Counted from the first letter of the stretch, positions 7,427-17,006 are shown. The stretch: DNA of 64,000 nt from a bacterium (GCA_035934535.1 DASYXS010000091.1:20580-84579); one strand, 5' to 3'. Notes: a model not told the origin generated them from the letters alone. Numbers and translations: made by a program.

Positions 7427-10285
7427 ATGGCAGCCGACCCGATCACGATAGGCTCCACCCATGCCACTTCCCCGCCACGCACCTCTTCCGGACCGCCCAC
7501 GCAAGAGATCCGGATCGCGGTGGTCATGTACGGCGGGATCTCACTGTGCATCTACATCCATGGCGTTGCTCAAGAACTGCTGCGACTGGTGCGCGCAACA
7601 TCGGGCGCGGACGTCGGCGACGATGAGGTCACCCAGATTTACAAGGAGATGAGCGACAGCGTCCGGGATCAAGGCCCCGACGGTGACATGGACCCGCCTC
7701 TGCGCAGCCCCACCCGGTTTGTGGTCGATCTTCTGTCTGGTACCTCGGCGGGCGGCATCAACGCGGTGTTTCTGGCTAAGGCCCTTGCTCTTCAATCTAA
7801 GGATCTCAAGCGATTGCGCCAGACATGGCTCGAGACCGCCGATATGAACACGATACTCAACCGCCGCGGATTCTCCGAGCCCAAACGGTCGCTGTTAGAC
7901 GGCAACTTGATGTACCGGAAATTGTACGAGGCCTTCCGCGATATGAACAGCGGTCCGTTCGACGTGACGGCCGCGGACGCGCCGGTGGAGCAAATCGATC
8001 TGTTCGTCACGACGACGGATTTGAATGGCGTTTCGATCCCGATACGTCTGGCGGACTTGGATGTCCCTGAGAAAGTTCACAAGGGATGCTTTCACTTTCG
8101 CTGGGACAACATCGTGCTGGCGAAAGACTCAAAGTCCAGCGAGCTTGATATCGAACTCGACCGCCTGCGTCGCAGGGATTTTGAGGCCCCCTTCGACGCG
8201 ATGCTCGCGTTCGCCGCCCGCTGCACGTCATCGTTTCCGATCGCCTTTGCGCCCATGAAGTTGGCCGACATCAAACCTGTGATCGGCAAGGATGCCTACC
8301 GCGCCAATGAAGAGACATACAGCGCGTTCTTCCGCTGGATACCAGTCCCCGCGTTGATTCCGCCGAAGAATCCCCTGGCCATCGACGAACGTGAACTTGC
8401 GGACGGCGGGTATCTCGATAACAAGCCCTTCGACTACGTCATCAACGCGCTGGGCTTCCGCGCGACGAGGCTGCGGCACACGCGCAAGCTATTCTTCGTC
8501 GATCCCTTCCCCGAAATTGCCGGCGACGCGAGCGATCAGCCGCACTTCAATTTCGTGCAAAACGCCATCGCCGGCTCGATCACCTTGCCCCACTATCAGA
8601 CGATCCGCCAGGAAATTGACCGCGTGAAAGTTTCCAACGGGATACAGGCGCGGCTCAAGGCGCTGCAGGAGGCGGCCTTGCCGCCGGCGGTCCCGGTTGG
8701 ACGGTTCCGGGTGGACAGCGTCCAGGAGCTGGTGGCGGAGTATCGCGAGTACGGCTCGATGTACCGCTCTTACCACGCGGTTCGTCTCCTCGATTGTACC
8801 GACGACTTGGCGCGCACCCTTTGCGGGTTGCCCGCCTGGGTGTTGTCGGAAGACGCGTTTCTCGCGGTTCGTTACCTGGTGCGGGCTTGGCGGCTCGGGA
8901 TGTACGCACCGGATCGAAGAGGGGGGCGGCAGCCCGAAGCCCAATTCTTTGACGACTTCGACTTCAGCTTCCGGATGCGCCGGGCCGCGTACCTCTTGGA
9001 GTGGGCGCAGGAACACAACAAGAGTCAACAGCTTCGCGACGCGCTGATCACGCACTTGACCCGGCTTCACCGCAGGCGTGAGCAGCTGTCGCTGCCCACG
9101 AAGCGGAATCCGATTTGGCCGTTGGTTCTTGATCTGCGCCGCGCTGTGAACAGATATTTTGAGAGCAAAGGGCTCAAGGAAGACGCGTTCCAGTGGATCC
9201 TGCGGCCCGGGAGCGACGCGGAGCGGCAGGCGCGGGCAGATGACCTCTATGAAGCGCATCGCGAGCAATTTCATGGAATCGCAGACACGATCAAGACGTT
9301 TTGGACGCAGGTCTTTGCGCAAAATCGCGCGGAGCTGCAAATCCTCATCGGCGGCGATGCGGATCTGGAGACAGAGTACCAGCGTTTTGATTACCTCGAT
9401 ATGGTCTCGCTTGGGTTCCTGGAAGGGTCGAACGTCAGCGAGCACACGGAGACAGAGATCTACCGCATCAGTCCCGCCGACGGGATCCAACGATCCCTCG
9501 CGGACAAACTCGCAGGGTACAAGGTAGAGGCCTTTGGGGCGTTTCTCAAACGGGAATGGCGGCAGAATGACATTCTGTGGGGTCGGCTCGACACATGTGA
9601 GCGGATCGTTTCGGCTGTTCTTAACCACGAAAAAGATGAGAAGATCCGGAACTGCTTCGTGACGCGTCTGCAGAACGCCATCGTCCGCCAAGAGGCAACG
9701 ATGCCGAGCGCGCCGGATCTCACTTGCGCGCTCCAGGCCATTGCGGACAAGGATTTGCAGGCCTACTTACAAGACCGGTACAAGTTGCCCGGCGACCCGC
9801 CGCCGAAGGAGTCCGCGCGCCAAATCGCCGAGGCGACCGACATCTTCGGGCGAATGATCGAGGAAGATGCGGGCGTGAAGAACAGGGCGATCGACCTGTT
9901 CCGGCGCGCCGGCGGGATCGCGGCCCAGCTCGTCGGCCTGCTCACTCCCGGCACCCTCCGCCGCGTATTCTGGAACTATTGGGTGGCCTTGCTCGGCGTA
10001 ATGGGCGCCGTGTTGTGGGTGTTCGCGTCGATCGTCCGCGACAATCATGCGAAAACCCTCGGCGAGTATGGGATCGGTGCGGCGCTTCTGATTTGGGTGC
10101 TCTCCTGGATCTCCGGCACATTGCTTGCGGGCGTCAAAACTCCGGGGCTTCTTTTTGTCTTTCGCGCAGTGAGGTGGCTGCCGGGGCTCGTTCTCTTCGC
10201 GTTGGTGGTGATCGGCGCGTTGCACGTGCCGCAGACGGCGCAGGATTTGTGGCACCGCATCCTCGGCATGGCGGGTGGGCGATGA
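7427..10285 (+). CDS. Large patatin-like phospholipase (patatin domain, long helical middle, DUF3376-like region, C-terminal TM helices)
   Basis: Oxyanion-region VVMYGGISLCIYIHGV (aa 32-47). GTSAG nucleophile motif (Ser107, nt 7745-7747). Catalytic DGG in ADGGYLDNKPF (Asp326, nt 8402). FGAFLKREWRQNDILWGRLD around aa 705-720. Three hydrophobic spans in the last ~120 aa. GGGAGG lies 8 nt before the ATG. Confidence 0.85.
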   Translation: MAADPITIGSTHATSPPRTSSGPPTQEIRIAVVMYGGISLCIYIHGVAQELLRLVRATSGADVGDDEVTQIYKEMSDSVRDQGPDGDMDPPLRSPTRFVVDLLSGTSAGGINAVFLAKALALQSKDLKRLRQTWLETADMNTILNRRGFSEPKRSLLDGNLMYRKLYEAFRDMNSGPFDVTAADAPVEQIDLFVTTTDLNGVSIPIRLADLDVPEKVHKGCFHFRWDNIVLAKDSKSSELDIELDRLRRRDFEAPFDAMLAFAARCTSSFPIAFAPMKLADIKPVIGKDAYRANEETYSAFFRWIPVPALIPPKNPLAIDERELADGGYLDNKPFDYVINALGFRATRLRHTRKLFFVDPFPEIAGDASDQPHFNFVQNAIAGSITLPHYQTIRQEIDRVKVSNGIQARLKALQEAALPPAVPVGRFRVDSVQELVAEYREYGSMYRSYHAVRLLDCTDDLARTLCGLPAWVLSEDAFLAVRYLVRAWRLGMYAPDRRGGRQPEAQFFDDFDFSFRMRRAAYLLEWAQEHNKSQQLRDALITHLTRLHRRREQLSLPTKRNPIWPLVLDLRRAVNRYFESKGLKEDAFQWILRPGSDAERQARADDLYEAHREQFHGIADTIKTFWTQVFAQNRAELQILIGGDADLETEYQRFDYLDMVSLGFLEGSNVSEHTETEIYRISPADGIQRSLADKLAGYKVEAFGAFLKREWRQNDILWGRLDTCERIVSAVLNHEKDEKIRNCFVTRLQNAIVRQEATMPSAPDLTCALQAIADKDLQAYLQDRYKLPGDPPPKESARQIAEATDIFGRMIEEDAGVKNRAIDLFRRAGGIAAQLVGLLTPGTLRRVFWNYWVALLGVMGAVLWVFASIVRDNHAKTLGEYGIGAALLIWVLSWISGTLLAGVKTPGLLFVFRAVRWLPGLVLFALVVIGALHVPQTAQDLWHRILGMAGGR

Positions 10286-10411
10286 GGTGATCGCGCGTTC
10301 CAACTCGGAACAATTAACGTAGGGTCTCAGGAGCCGCGCCGTCGTACCGGTGAACCTACTTGGCGGTGCTGCAATATCCGGGTCCCGTTCGTGTCGGGGA
10401 GAGCCCGTTGA

Positions 10412-10435
10412 CCCGCCGGGCGCTGATCCGGCGGG
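10412..10435 (-). terminator. GC-rich hairpin between convergent patatin and lysC 3' ends (possible terminator, no U-tract)
   Basis: CCCGCCGG-gcgctgat-CCGGCGGG, 15 nt downstream of the lysC stop. No T-run on either strand, so weak support. Confidence 0.3.
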
Positions 10436-10449
10436 ACCGGTGCGCGGCG

Positions 10450-11664
10450 TCAGCCCTCGTCCATCTTGAACTCGGCGTGCAGCACCCGGACCGCCTTTTC
10501 CACCTCGTTCTCGCGGACCACACAGGAGATCTTGATCTCGGACGTCGCGATCAATTCGATGTTGACGCCGTTGCGCGCGAGCACCCCGAACATCTTCGCC
10601 GCGACGCCGGGGTTCGTGATCATGCCGGCGCCGACGATGCTGACCATGGCGACGCCTTCGTCCGACAGGATCTCCCGCGCCCCGATCTCCTTCGCGACCG
10701 AGCGGGCGGCCTCGACGGCGATTTCCATGTCCGGCCGCGCGACCGTGAAGGAGATGTCGGCGCCCTGCGCCTGCGGGACGCTCTGAATGATCAGATTGAC
10801 GTTGACGTGGCGGTCCGCGATCGCGCGGAACAGTGTGTGCGCGATGCCGGGGCGATCTTGAATCCCGGTCGCGGCGATCTTCGCCACGTTGCGGTCGTGC
10901 GTGACTGCGGTTACCACTCGCCGTCCCTCGATGGTCCGATCCGTCACCACCGTTCCCCCCCGCTCGACGAACGTGCTGCGCACCTCCAGCGGCACGCGGT
11001 ACTGCTTGGCGAGCTCCGCGGCGCGGGTCTGCAGCACGGGCGCGCCGGAACTCGCCATCTCCAGCATTTCATCATAGGAGATCTCCGCGAGCCTTCGCGC
11101 CTCGGGCACGACGCGCGGGTCCGCGGTGAAGACGCCTTCGACGTCGGTGTAGATCTGGCAGATCTCCGCGTCGAGCACCGAGGCGAGCGCGACCGCGGTC
11201 GTGTCCGACCCCCCGCGCCCGAGCGTCGTGATCTCGCCGCCGTCGGTGATTCCCTGGAAGCCGGCGACGATGACGATCCGGCCCGCGCCCAGTTCCCGGT
11301 CGACGCGGCGGCGGTCGATGCCCATGATCCGCGCCCGGAGGTGGACCGGCTCGGTGCGGATCAGGGCCTGGGCGCCGGTGAGCGACACCGCGGCGTGGCC
11401 CCGGGTGTGCAGCGCCATCGCGAGCAGCGCGATCGACACCTGTTCGCCGGTCGAGAGCAGCATGTCCATCTCGCGGTCGGCCGGGCTCGCCGTGATCTGC
11501 TCCGCCAGGCCGATCAGGTTGTCCGTCGTGTCGCCGGGCGCCGAGACGACCACGACGACGTCGTGTCCGGATTCGCGCGCGGACGCGACGCGGCCGGCCA
11601 CGTGCTTGATGAGATCGGGCGTCGCGACCGAACTGCCCCCGAACTTCTGGACGATCAGGCTCAC
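10450..11664 (-). CDS. lysC: Aspartate kinase (monofunctional, ACT domains)
   Basis: VSLIVQKFGGSSVATPD.. signature, with C-terminal ACT repeats. GTG start at 11664 forms a GTGA overlap with the thrB stop. Confidence 0.92.
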   Translation of the reverse strand: MSLIVQKFGGSSVATPDLIKHVAGRVASARESGHDVVVVVSAPGDTTDNLIGLAEQITASPADREMDMLLSTGEQVSIALLAMALHTRGHAAVSLTGAQALIRTEPVHLRARIMGIDRRRVDRELGAGRIVIVAGFQGITDGGEITTLGRGGSDTTAVALASVLDAEICQIYTDVEGVFTADPRVVPEARRLAEISYDEMLEMASSGAPVLQTRAAELAKQYRVPLEVRSTFVERGGTVVTDRTIEGRRVVTAVTHDRNVAKIAATGIQDRPGIAHTLFRAIADRHVNVNLIIQSVPQAQGADISFTVARPDMEIAVEAARSVAKEIGAREILSDEGVAMVSIVGAGMITNPGVAAKMFGVLARNGVNIELIATSEIKISCVVRENEVEKAVRVLHAEFKMDEG

Positions 11665-12563
11665 CCGCTCCCCTCCACGACCGTTCCCTCGGTATCGACC
11701 TCCGCGTCGATGACCCGGCACTCCGCGCCGGAGGACGCGAACGCCCGCCGCATCGCCTCGCCGATGGCCGGCGCCTCGCCGAACGCGACGACCGTCGGGC
11801 CGGAGCCGCTCAGCGCGACGCCGTGGGCGCCGGCCTCACGGGCGGCCGCGAAGACCGCCTCCAGGCCCGGTACGAGCCGCGCGCGGTAGGGTTGGTGCAG
11901 GCGGTCGCGCGTCGCCTCGTCGAGCATCTCCGTCCGCCCTTCGACGAGCGACGCGACGAGCAGCGCGGTCCGGGTGACGTTGAAGACGGCGTCCCGAAAG
12001 GGCACGGCCTCCGGGAGGAGCCGCCGGGCCTCCGCCGTCGACACCGCAAACGCCGGAATCGCGATCACCACACGCAGCCGTTTGGGGATGAGACGTGTCC
12101 ACCGGATTTTTCCCGCCTCGGTGGTCACGCACGCGACCAAACCGCCGAGGACAGCGGGGGCGACGTTGTCCGGGTGGCCTTCGAGCCGGGCGGCGAGGTC
12201 GATGAGCGCCTGGGTGTCGAGCGGACCGCCGAGGAGGGCGTTGGCCGCGGCGGCGCCGCCCACGATCGCCGCGGCGCTGCTGCCGAGCCCCCGCGCCGGC
12301 GGGATGCGGTTGTGCTGCCGCAGGTGGAACGCCCGGGGCGCGGCGCCGCGGGTCGTCCGCGCCTCGACCACCGCGAGCGCCGCCCGGTAAGCGAGGTGCG
12401 ACGGGTCGCGCGGCAGCGAGGCGGCGCCTTCGCCCTCGATCTCGATCCGCGGCTCCGCGGCCGCCTCGAGCGCGACCGTGTTGTGGAGGCGCAGGGCGAG
12501 GCCGAGCGCGTCGAATCCCGGCCCCAGGTTCGCCGTTGTCGCCGGCACGCGGACGCGGATCAT
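11661..12563 (-). CDS. thrB: Homoserine kinase
   Basis: MIRVRVPATTANLGPGFDALGLAL (GHMP kinase motif) and ..GLGSSAAAIVGG... Confidence 0.9.
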   Translation of the reverse strand: MIRVRVPATTANLGPGFDALGLALRLHNTVALEAAAEPRIEIEGEGAASLPRDPSHLAYRAALAVVEARTTRGAAPRAFHLRQHNRIPPARGLGSSAAAIVGGAAAANALLGGPLDTQALIDLAARLEGHPDNVAPAVLGGLVACVTTEAGKIRWTRLIPKRLRVVIAIPAFAVSTAEARRLLPEAVPFRDAVFNVTRTALLVASLVEGRTEMLDEATRDRLHQPYRARLVPGLEAVFAAAREAGAHGVALSGSGPTVVAFGEAPAIGEAMRRAFASSGAECRVIDAEVDTEGTVVEGSG

Positions 12564-12570
12564 AGAGCGC

Positions 12571-13647
12571 TTATCGTGCGCCCACGGGCTCGCCGATGAC
12601 GCGCTCGATCGCCTCGATCGTCGCCGGCACCGGCTCGGGCCGGCGCTCCGTGCGGAGCACCGCTTCCGGATCTTTGAGGCCGTGGCCGGTGAGGATGCAC
12701 GCGATCGAGGTGCCCTCGGGCACCCGGCCCTCGCGCGACCGCCGCAGCACGCCCGCGACCGACGCCGCGGACGCCGGCTCGACGAAGATGCCTTCCTCCT
12801 GCGCGAGCAGCGTGCGCGCGGCGAGCAGCTCCTCGTCGCTCACGGCCTCGAAGGCGCCGCCGGATTCCTTGACCGCGGCGACGGCGCCGTCCCACGAGGC
12901 CGGCCGTCCGATCCTGATCGCGGACGCGACGGTCTCCGGCCGATCGACAGGATGCCCCAGGACGAGGGGCGCCGCCCCGGCCGCCTGGAACCCCCACATC
13001 TTCGGCCGGGACGTCACGATGTCGCGCGCGTGGTACTGGACGAAACCGCGCCAGTACGCGGTGATGTTGCCGGCGTTCCCGACCGGGATCGCGAGCACGT
13101 CCGGGGCCCGCCCGAGCGCGTCGCAGATCTCAAAGGCGCCGGTCTTCTGGCCCTCGATCCGGTACGGGTTGACCGAGTTGACCAGCGTGAGCCGCAGGCG
13201 CGGCGCGCCCTCGCGCACCAACCGCAGCGCCTCGTCGAAGGAGCCTTCGATCGGCACGAGCCGCGCGCCGCAGGCGAGCGCCTGCACGACCTTGCCGAGC
13301 GCGATCCCGCCGGCGGGGACGACGACGAAGCACACGATCCCGGCGCGCGAGGCGTAGGCGGCCGCGGACGCCGACGTGTTGCCGGTGCTCGCGCAGATGA
13401 CGCCGCGGCTGCCCTCCTCGACCGCCTTCGTGATCGCGAGCGTCATCCCGCGGTCCTTGAACGAGCCGGTGGGATTGACGCCTTCGTTCTTGAGGTAGAG
13501 GATCGCCCCCGGCACGTGCCGCTCGAGGCGCTCCGCGCGCAAGAGCGGCGTGTCGCCTTCGCGCAGCGTCACGATCGGCGTCCCGTCCGCGACCGGCAGA
13601 AACCGGCGGTACTCCTCGATCACGCCGCGCCAGGCCGTTCTACTCAC
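12571..13647 (-). CDS. thrC: Threonine synthase
   Basis: PLP-lysine motif NPTGSFKDRGMT, and ..SSGNTSASAAAYA.. context. GTG start overlaps the hom stop by 8 nt. Confidence 0.92.
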   Translation of the reverse strand: MSRTAWRGVIEEYRRFLPVADGTPIVTLREGDTPLLRAERLERHVPGAILYLKNEGVNPTGSFKDRGMTLAITKAVEEGSRGVICASTGNTSASAAAYASRAGIVCFVVVPAGGIALGKVVQALACGARLVPIEGSFDEALRLVREGAPRLRLTLVNSVNPYRIEGQKTGAFEICDALGRAPDVLAIPVGNAGNITAYWRGFVQYHARDIVTSRPKMWGFQAAGAAPLVLGHPVDRPETVASAIRIGRPASWDGAVAAVKESGGAFEAVSDEELLAARTLLAQEEGIFVEPASAASVAGVLRRSREGRVPEGTSIACILTGHGLKDPEAVLRTERRPEPVPATIEAIERVIGEPVGAR

Positions 13648-14944
13648 CGTCGGCCACCCGGATGACGTTCCGGACGGTGCCGACCACGTCGAGCGCCTCG
13701 ATCCGCGTGAGCACCCGCCGCATCTGGCCCTCGCGCGCGGTGTGCGTGATCATCACGATGTCGGCGTCCGCGCCGCGGCTCTTCTGCGAGATCGCCGAGA
13801 TGCTGACGCCTTCCTCGCCGAAGATCGCCGCGATCCGGGCGAACACGCCCGGCCGGTCGGTCACCTGCATCAGGAGGTAGAACGGCGTCTCCACCTCTTC
13901 CATCGGGCGGAGCGGCCGCGGCTCGAGGCCCTCCCAGCCGACGCGCCCGTGGCCGCCGCGCCGGTGGCTGCGCGCCACGTCCACGAGATCCGCGACGACG
14001 GCGCTGGCCGTGGGATCGCCGCCGGCGCCGCGGCCGACGATCATCACTTCACCCGCCGCGTCGCCGCGCACGAAGACGGCGTTCAACTCGTTGCGGATCG
14101 CGGCCAGCGGGTGCGCGCGCGGGAGGAACGCCGGGTGGACGTGCGCCTCCACGCGGCCGTCGTGCTCCCGCGCGATCGCCAGCAGCTTCAGCACGTAGCC
14201 CAGCTCGTCCGCGTAGCGGATGTCCTGCGCCGAGACGCGGGCGATGCCCTCGCGGTAGACCCGGTCGGCGTGCACCGGGGTGTGAAACGCGATCGTCGCG
14301 AGGATCGCGAGCTTGGCCGCGGCGTCGTGGCCTTCCACGTCGTCCGTGGGGTCGGCCTCCGCGAAGCCGCGCCGCTGCGCGTCCGCGAGCGCCTCCCCGA
14401 ACTCGGAACCGTCCTCCGCCATCCGGGTGAGGATGTAGTTGGTGGTGCCGTTCAAAATGCCCGCGACCTCCGTGATGCGGTTGGCCGCGAGCGACTCCTT
14501 CAGCATCTGGATCACGGGCACGCCCGCGCCGACGCTCGCCTCGAGCCGCAGGTCGACGCCGGCCGGCCCGGCCGCGGCGAAGAGCTCCGGCCCGTGCCGG
14601 GCGATCAGCTGCTTGTTGGCGGTGACGACGTGCTTGCCGTGCTCGATCGCGTCGAGCAGCAGCGTCCGCGCCGGCTCAAGCCCGCCCATGACCTCGACGA
14701 CCACGTCGACGGCGGGATCGGCGACCACCGCGGCGGCGTCGCCGGTCAGCACCCCGGGCTCGAAGGTGAGATCGCGCGCCAGCTCCGGCCGCGCCACCGC
14801 GACCCGGGAGAGCCGCAGCTCGGCGCCCGTCTGCCGCGCGATCTCGGCGCCGTTCTTCCGGAGCAGCCGCACCACCGCGCTACCCACGGTGCCGCAGCCG
14901 AGCAGGCCGACCGCGACGGGCCGGTCTGAGGCCGGACGGCTCAC
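13640..14944 (-). CDS. hom: Homoserine dehydrogenase with C-terminal ACT domain
   Basis: NAD-binding VGLLGCGTVGSAVV. A central homoserine dehydrogenase region and a C-terminal ACT-like region (FYLLMQVTDRPGVFARIAAIFGEEGVSI). GTGA overlap with the upstream gene stop. Confidence 0.9.
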   Translation of the reverse strand: MSRPASDRPVAVGLLGCGTVGSAVVRLLRKNGAEIARQTGAELRLSRVAVARPELARDLTFEPGVLTGDAAAVVADPAVDVVVEVMGGLEPARTLLLDAIEHGKHVVTANKQLIARHGPELFAAAGPAGVDLRLEASVGAGVPVIQMLKESLAANRITEVAGILNGTTNYILTRMAEDGSEFGEALADAQRRGFAEADPTDDVEGHDAAAKLAILATIAFHTPVHADRVYREGIARVSAQDIRYADELGYVLKLLAIAREHDGRVEAHVHPAFLPRAHPLAAIRNELNAVFVRGDAAGEVMIVGRGAGGDPTASAVVADLVDVARSHRRGGHGRVGWEGLEPRPLRPMEEVETPFYLLMQVTDRPGVFARIAAIFGEEGVSISAISQKSRGADADIVMITHTAREGQMRRVLTRIEALDVVGTVRNVIRVADGE

Positions 14945-16128
14945 CGGGACGCGCCCCCCGTCTCCGTATTTTTGGCCCGCACCGCGCCGATGCCCGCCGC
15001 TTCCAGACCGCGCCGCAGGGCCCGGCGCTCATCCTCGGTCAGCGGCAGGGCGGGCGGCCGCGCCGTCGCGCGCGGGATAAGGCCGGCGATGACCATCGCT
15101 TCCTTGACGATCACGAACGCCGGCGCGTCGGCGGCGAACCACCCCGGGATCGCGTTGAGATGGCGCCGCGAGCGTTCCGCGGCGTCGGCGAGGCGCCCCT
15201 CCGTGACTGCCCGATAGATCTCGACGAGCGGTTCCGGGCTGAAGTTCGCCGTTCCCGGCACCGCGCCGTCGCCGCCGAGCAGCAGCGTGTTGAGGAGGTG
15301 GTAGTCCATGCCGCACAGCACGACAAAGTCCGGCCGCGCGGGCCGCACAGTCGTGATGAGCTCCTGGATGTGCCCGATACTGTCGATGGTGTCCTTGATT
15401 CCGGCGATGTTGGCGTGGTCCTCGGCGAGCCGGCGGACCAGGCGCGGCGGGATGTTGCGGCCGGTGAGCCCCGGAAAGTTGTAGATATAGACCGGCAGCC
15501 GCGTCGCGATCGCGATCAGGCGGAAGTGCTCGTAGATCGAGCGGTCCGGAGGGACCCAATAATATGGAAGGACGACCGCGACCCCGGAGGCCCCGATCTC
15601 CTCGGCGTGTTCCGCGTACGCCACGGCCTCCTCGGTCCCCGGCGCGCCGCAGCCGATCAGCACCGGCACGCGGCCGCGCGCCGAACGGACGACGAGCTCA
15701 GCCATCGCCCGCCGCTCGTCGCCCGACAGCGACGTGAACTCGCCGGTCGTGCCGAGAGGAAAGAGGCCGTGCACGCCGCGCCCGATCAGCCACTCGACGT
15801 GGCGGACGTTGGCGGCTTCGTCGAGGCGGCCCCGCTCATCGAACAGCGTCGGAATCGGCACGACGATGCCGGCGAGCCCCGTGGACGAAACGGCGCGGGC
15901 CGCGCCCTTCGGCTGTGTGGCGAGGTAATCGCGGATCAACGCGCCGGCGTCGGCGGCGCGTTCGTCCGGGACGAGCAGATCCCCCCAGACCCCCGTGGCC
16001 TTCTCGAGCACGGTGCCGTAGCCCGGCATCTGCCGGGAGCGCAGCACGACCGGAATGCCGGCCTGCTCGAGCACACCCTGGAGCATCAGCGCCTCGACCT
16101 CGTCGCCGGCGGTGTGGACGTTCTTCAT
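14941..16128 (-). CDS. DapA/NAL-family class I aldolase (dihydrodipicolinate synthase-like) with N-terminal DUF2007-like domain
   Basis: The first ~65 aa (DEVEALMLQGVLEQAGIPVVLRSRQMPGYG..WGDLLVPDERAADAGALIRDYL) are DUF2007-like. The rest is the DapA family (GLFPLGTTGEFTSLSGDER.., Schiff-base Lys in IAGIKDT). ATG 16128 has AGGAGG upstream and an ATGA overlap with the rsmI stop. Confidence 0.8.
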   Translation of the reverse strand: MKNVHTAGDEVEALMLQGVLEQAGIPVVLRSRQMPGYGTVLEKATGVWGDLLVPDERAADAGALIRDYLATQPKGAARAVSSTGLAGIVVPIPTLFDERGRLDEAANVRHVEWLIGRGVHGLFPLGTTGEFTSLSGDERRAMAELVVRSARGRVPVLIGCGAPGTEEAVAYAEHAEEIGASGVAVVLPYYWVPPDRSIYEHFRLIAIATRLPVYIYNFPGLTGRNIPPRLVRRLAEDHANIAGIKDTIDSIGHIQELITTVRPARPDFVVLCGMDYHLLNTLLLGGDGAVPGTANFSPEPLVEIYRAVTEGRLADAAERSRRHLNAIPGWFAADAPAFVIVKEAMVIAGLIPRATARPPALPLTEDERRALRRGLEAAGIGAVRAKNTETGGASR

Positions 16129-17006
16129 CTGCGTGCCTCCTGCTGGATGGCGAGCCACAGACGGTACACCTCGTTGCGGCGGAGGCCGCTCGCCTCCACC
16201 GCGCGCCGGACCGATTCCCGGGGGGAGCAGCCGCCGGAGGCGGCCCGCCTCAGCGCGTCGCAGGCCGACTCCCGCGCCGCTTCGACGGCCGCCGCGGCGT
16301 CGCCGGTCCCCGTTTCGCTCAACCGTGTTCCTTCGATGACGAGCGTGAATTCCCCACGCGGAGGGTGAGCGGAAAAGTGCCGGACGGCTTCGCTGAGCGT
16401 CGCCCGGTAGACCTCTTCATGCACCTTGGTGAGCTCCCGCGCGACCACGATCCGGCGGTCGCCCAGGACCTCCAGCAGATCATCGAGCGCCTCGCGCAGC
16501 CGGTGCGGGGCCTCGAAAAGGACGAGCGTGTGCGGCAGATCGCGCAGCGCCTCGAGCGCCCGGCGGCGCTCCGCGCCCCGGGCCGGCAGAAATCCGAAGA
16601 ACGTGACAGGCTCGGCCGGCAGCCCCGACGCGACCAGCGCGGCGAGGACCGCGCTCGCCCCGGGCACCGGAACGACCGGCACCCCCGCGTCGGCGGCGGC
16701 CCGGACGAGCGTGGCGCCGGGATCGCTCAGTCCCGGCGTGCCCGCGTCGGACACGAGCGCGATCGAGTCGCCGTCGAGGAGCCGGCGGACGAGGACCGGC
16801 GCGCGCGCCCGTTCATTGTGCTCGCGCAGACTGACCAGGCGCCCCCGGATCCCGTGGTGCGTCAGCAGCTTGCGCGTGCGGCGCGTGTCTTCCGCGGCGA
16901 CGAGCGCCGCTTCGCGGAGCACGCGGAGCGCGCGGAGCGAAATATCTTCGAGGTTGCCGATGGGGGTTGCGACGACGTAGAGCGTCCCTGGGCGTCCGGC
17001 CGTCAC
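16125..17006 (-). CDS. rsmI: 16S rRNA (cytidine1402-2'-O)-methyltransferase
   Basis: GTLYVVATPIGNLEDISLRALRVLREAALVAAEDTR.., with the tetrapyrrole-methylase fold motifs typical of RsmI. Confidence 0.9.
   Translation of the reverse strand: MTAGRPGTLYVVATPIGNLEDISLRALRVLREAALVAAEDTRRTRKLLTHHGIRGRLVSLREHNERARAPVLVRRLLDGDSIALVSDAGTPGLSDPGATLVRAAADAGVPVVPVPGASAVLAALVASGLPAEPVTFFGFLPARGAERRRALEALRDLPHTLVLFEAPHRLREALDDLLEVLGDRRIVVARELTKVHEEVYRATLSEAVRHFSAHPPRGEFTLVIEGTRLSETGTGDAAAAVEAARESACDALRRAASGGCSPRESVRRAVEASGLRRNEVYRLWLAIQQEARR

Noticed and set aside
10297-10311. Short hairpin GTTCC-aactc-GGAAC after the patatin stop as a terminator.
   Set aside because: It has only a 5-bp stem and no T-tract (followed by AATTAACG), which is too weak to call.
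7290-10450. Treating the low-GC patatin region as a defined mobile element or genomic island with boundaries.
   Set aside because: No flanking direct repeats, tRNA target, integrase or transposase are visible. Only the compositional contrast supports foreign origin, so it is reported as a finding, not as a mobile_element feature.
11664-11721. Lysine (L-box) or other riboswitch or leader in front of lysC.
   Set aside because: The lysC start overlaps the thrB stop (GTGA), leaving no untranslated leader. The listed 5' extension of the lysC ORF is just an alternate reading of the thrB 3' end.
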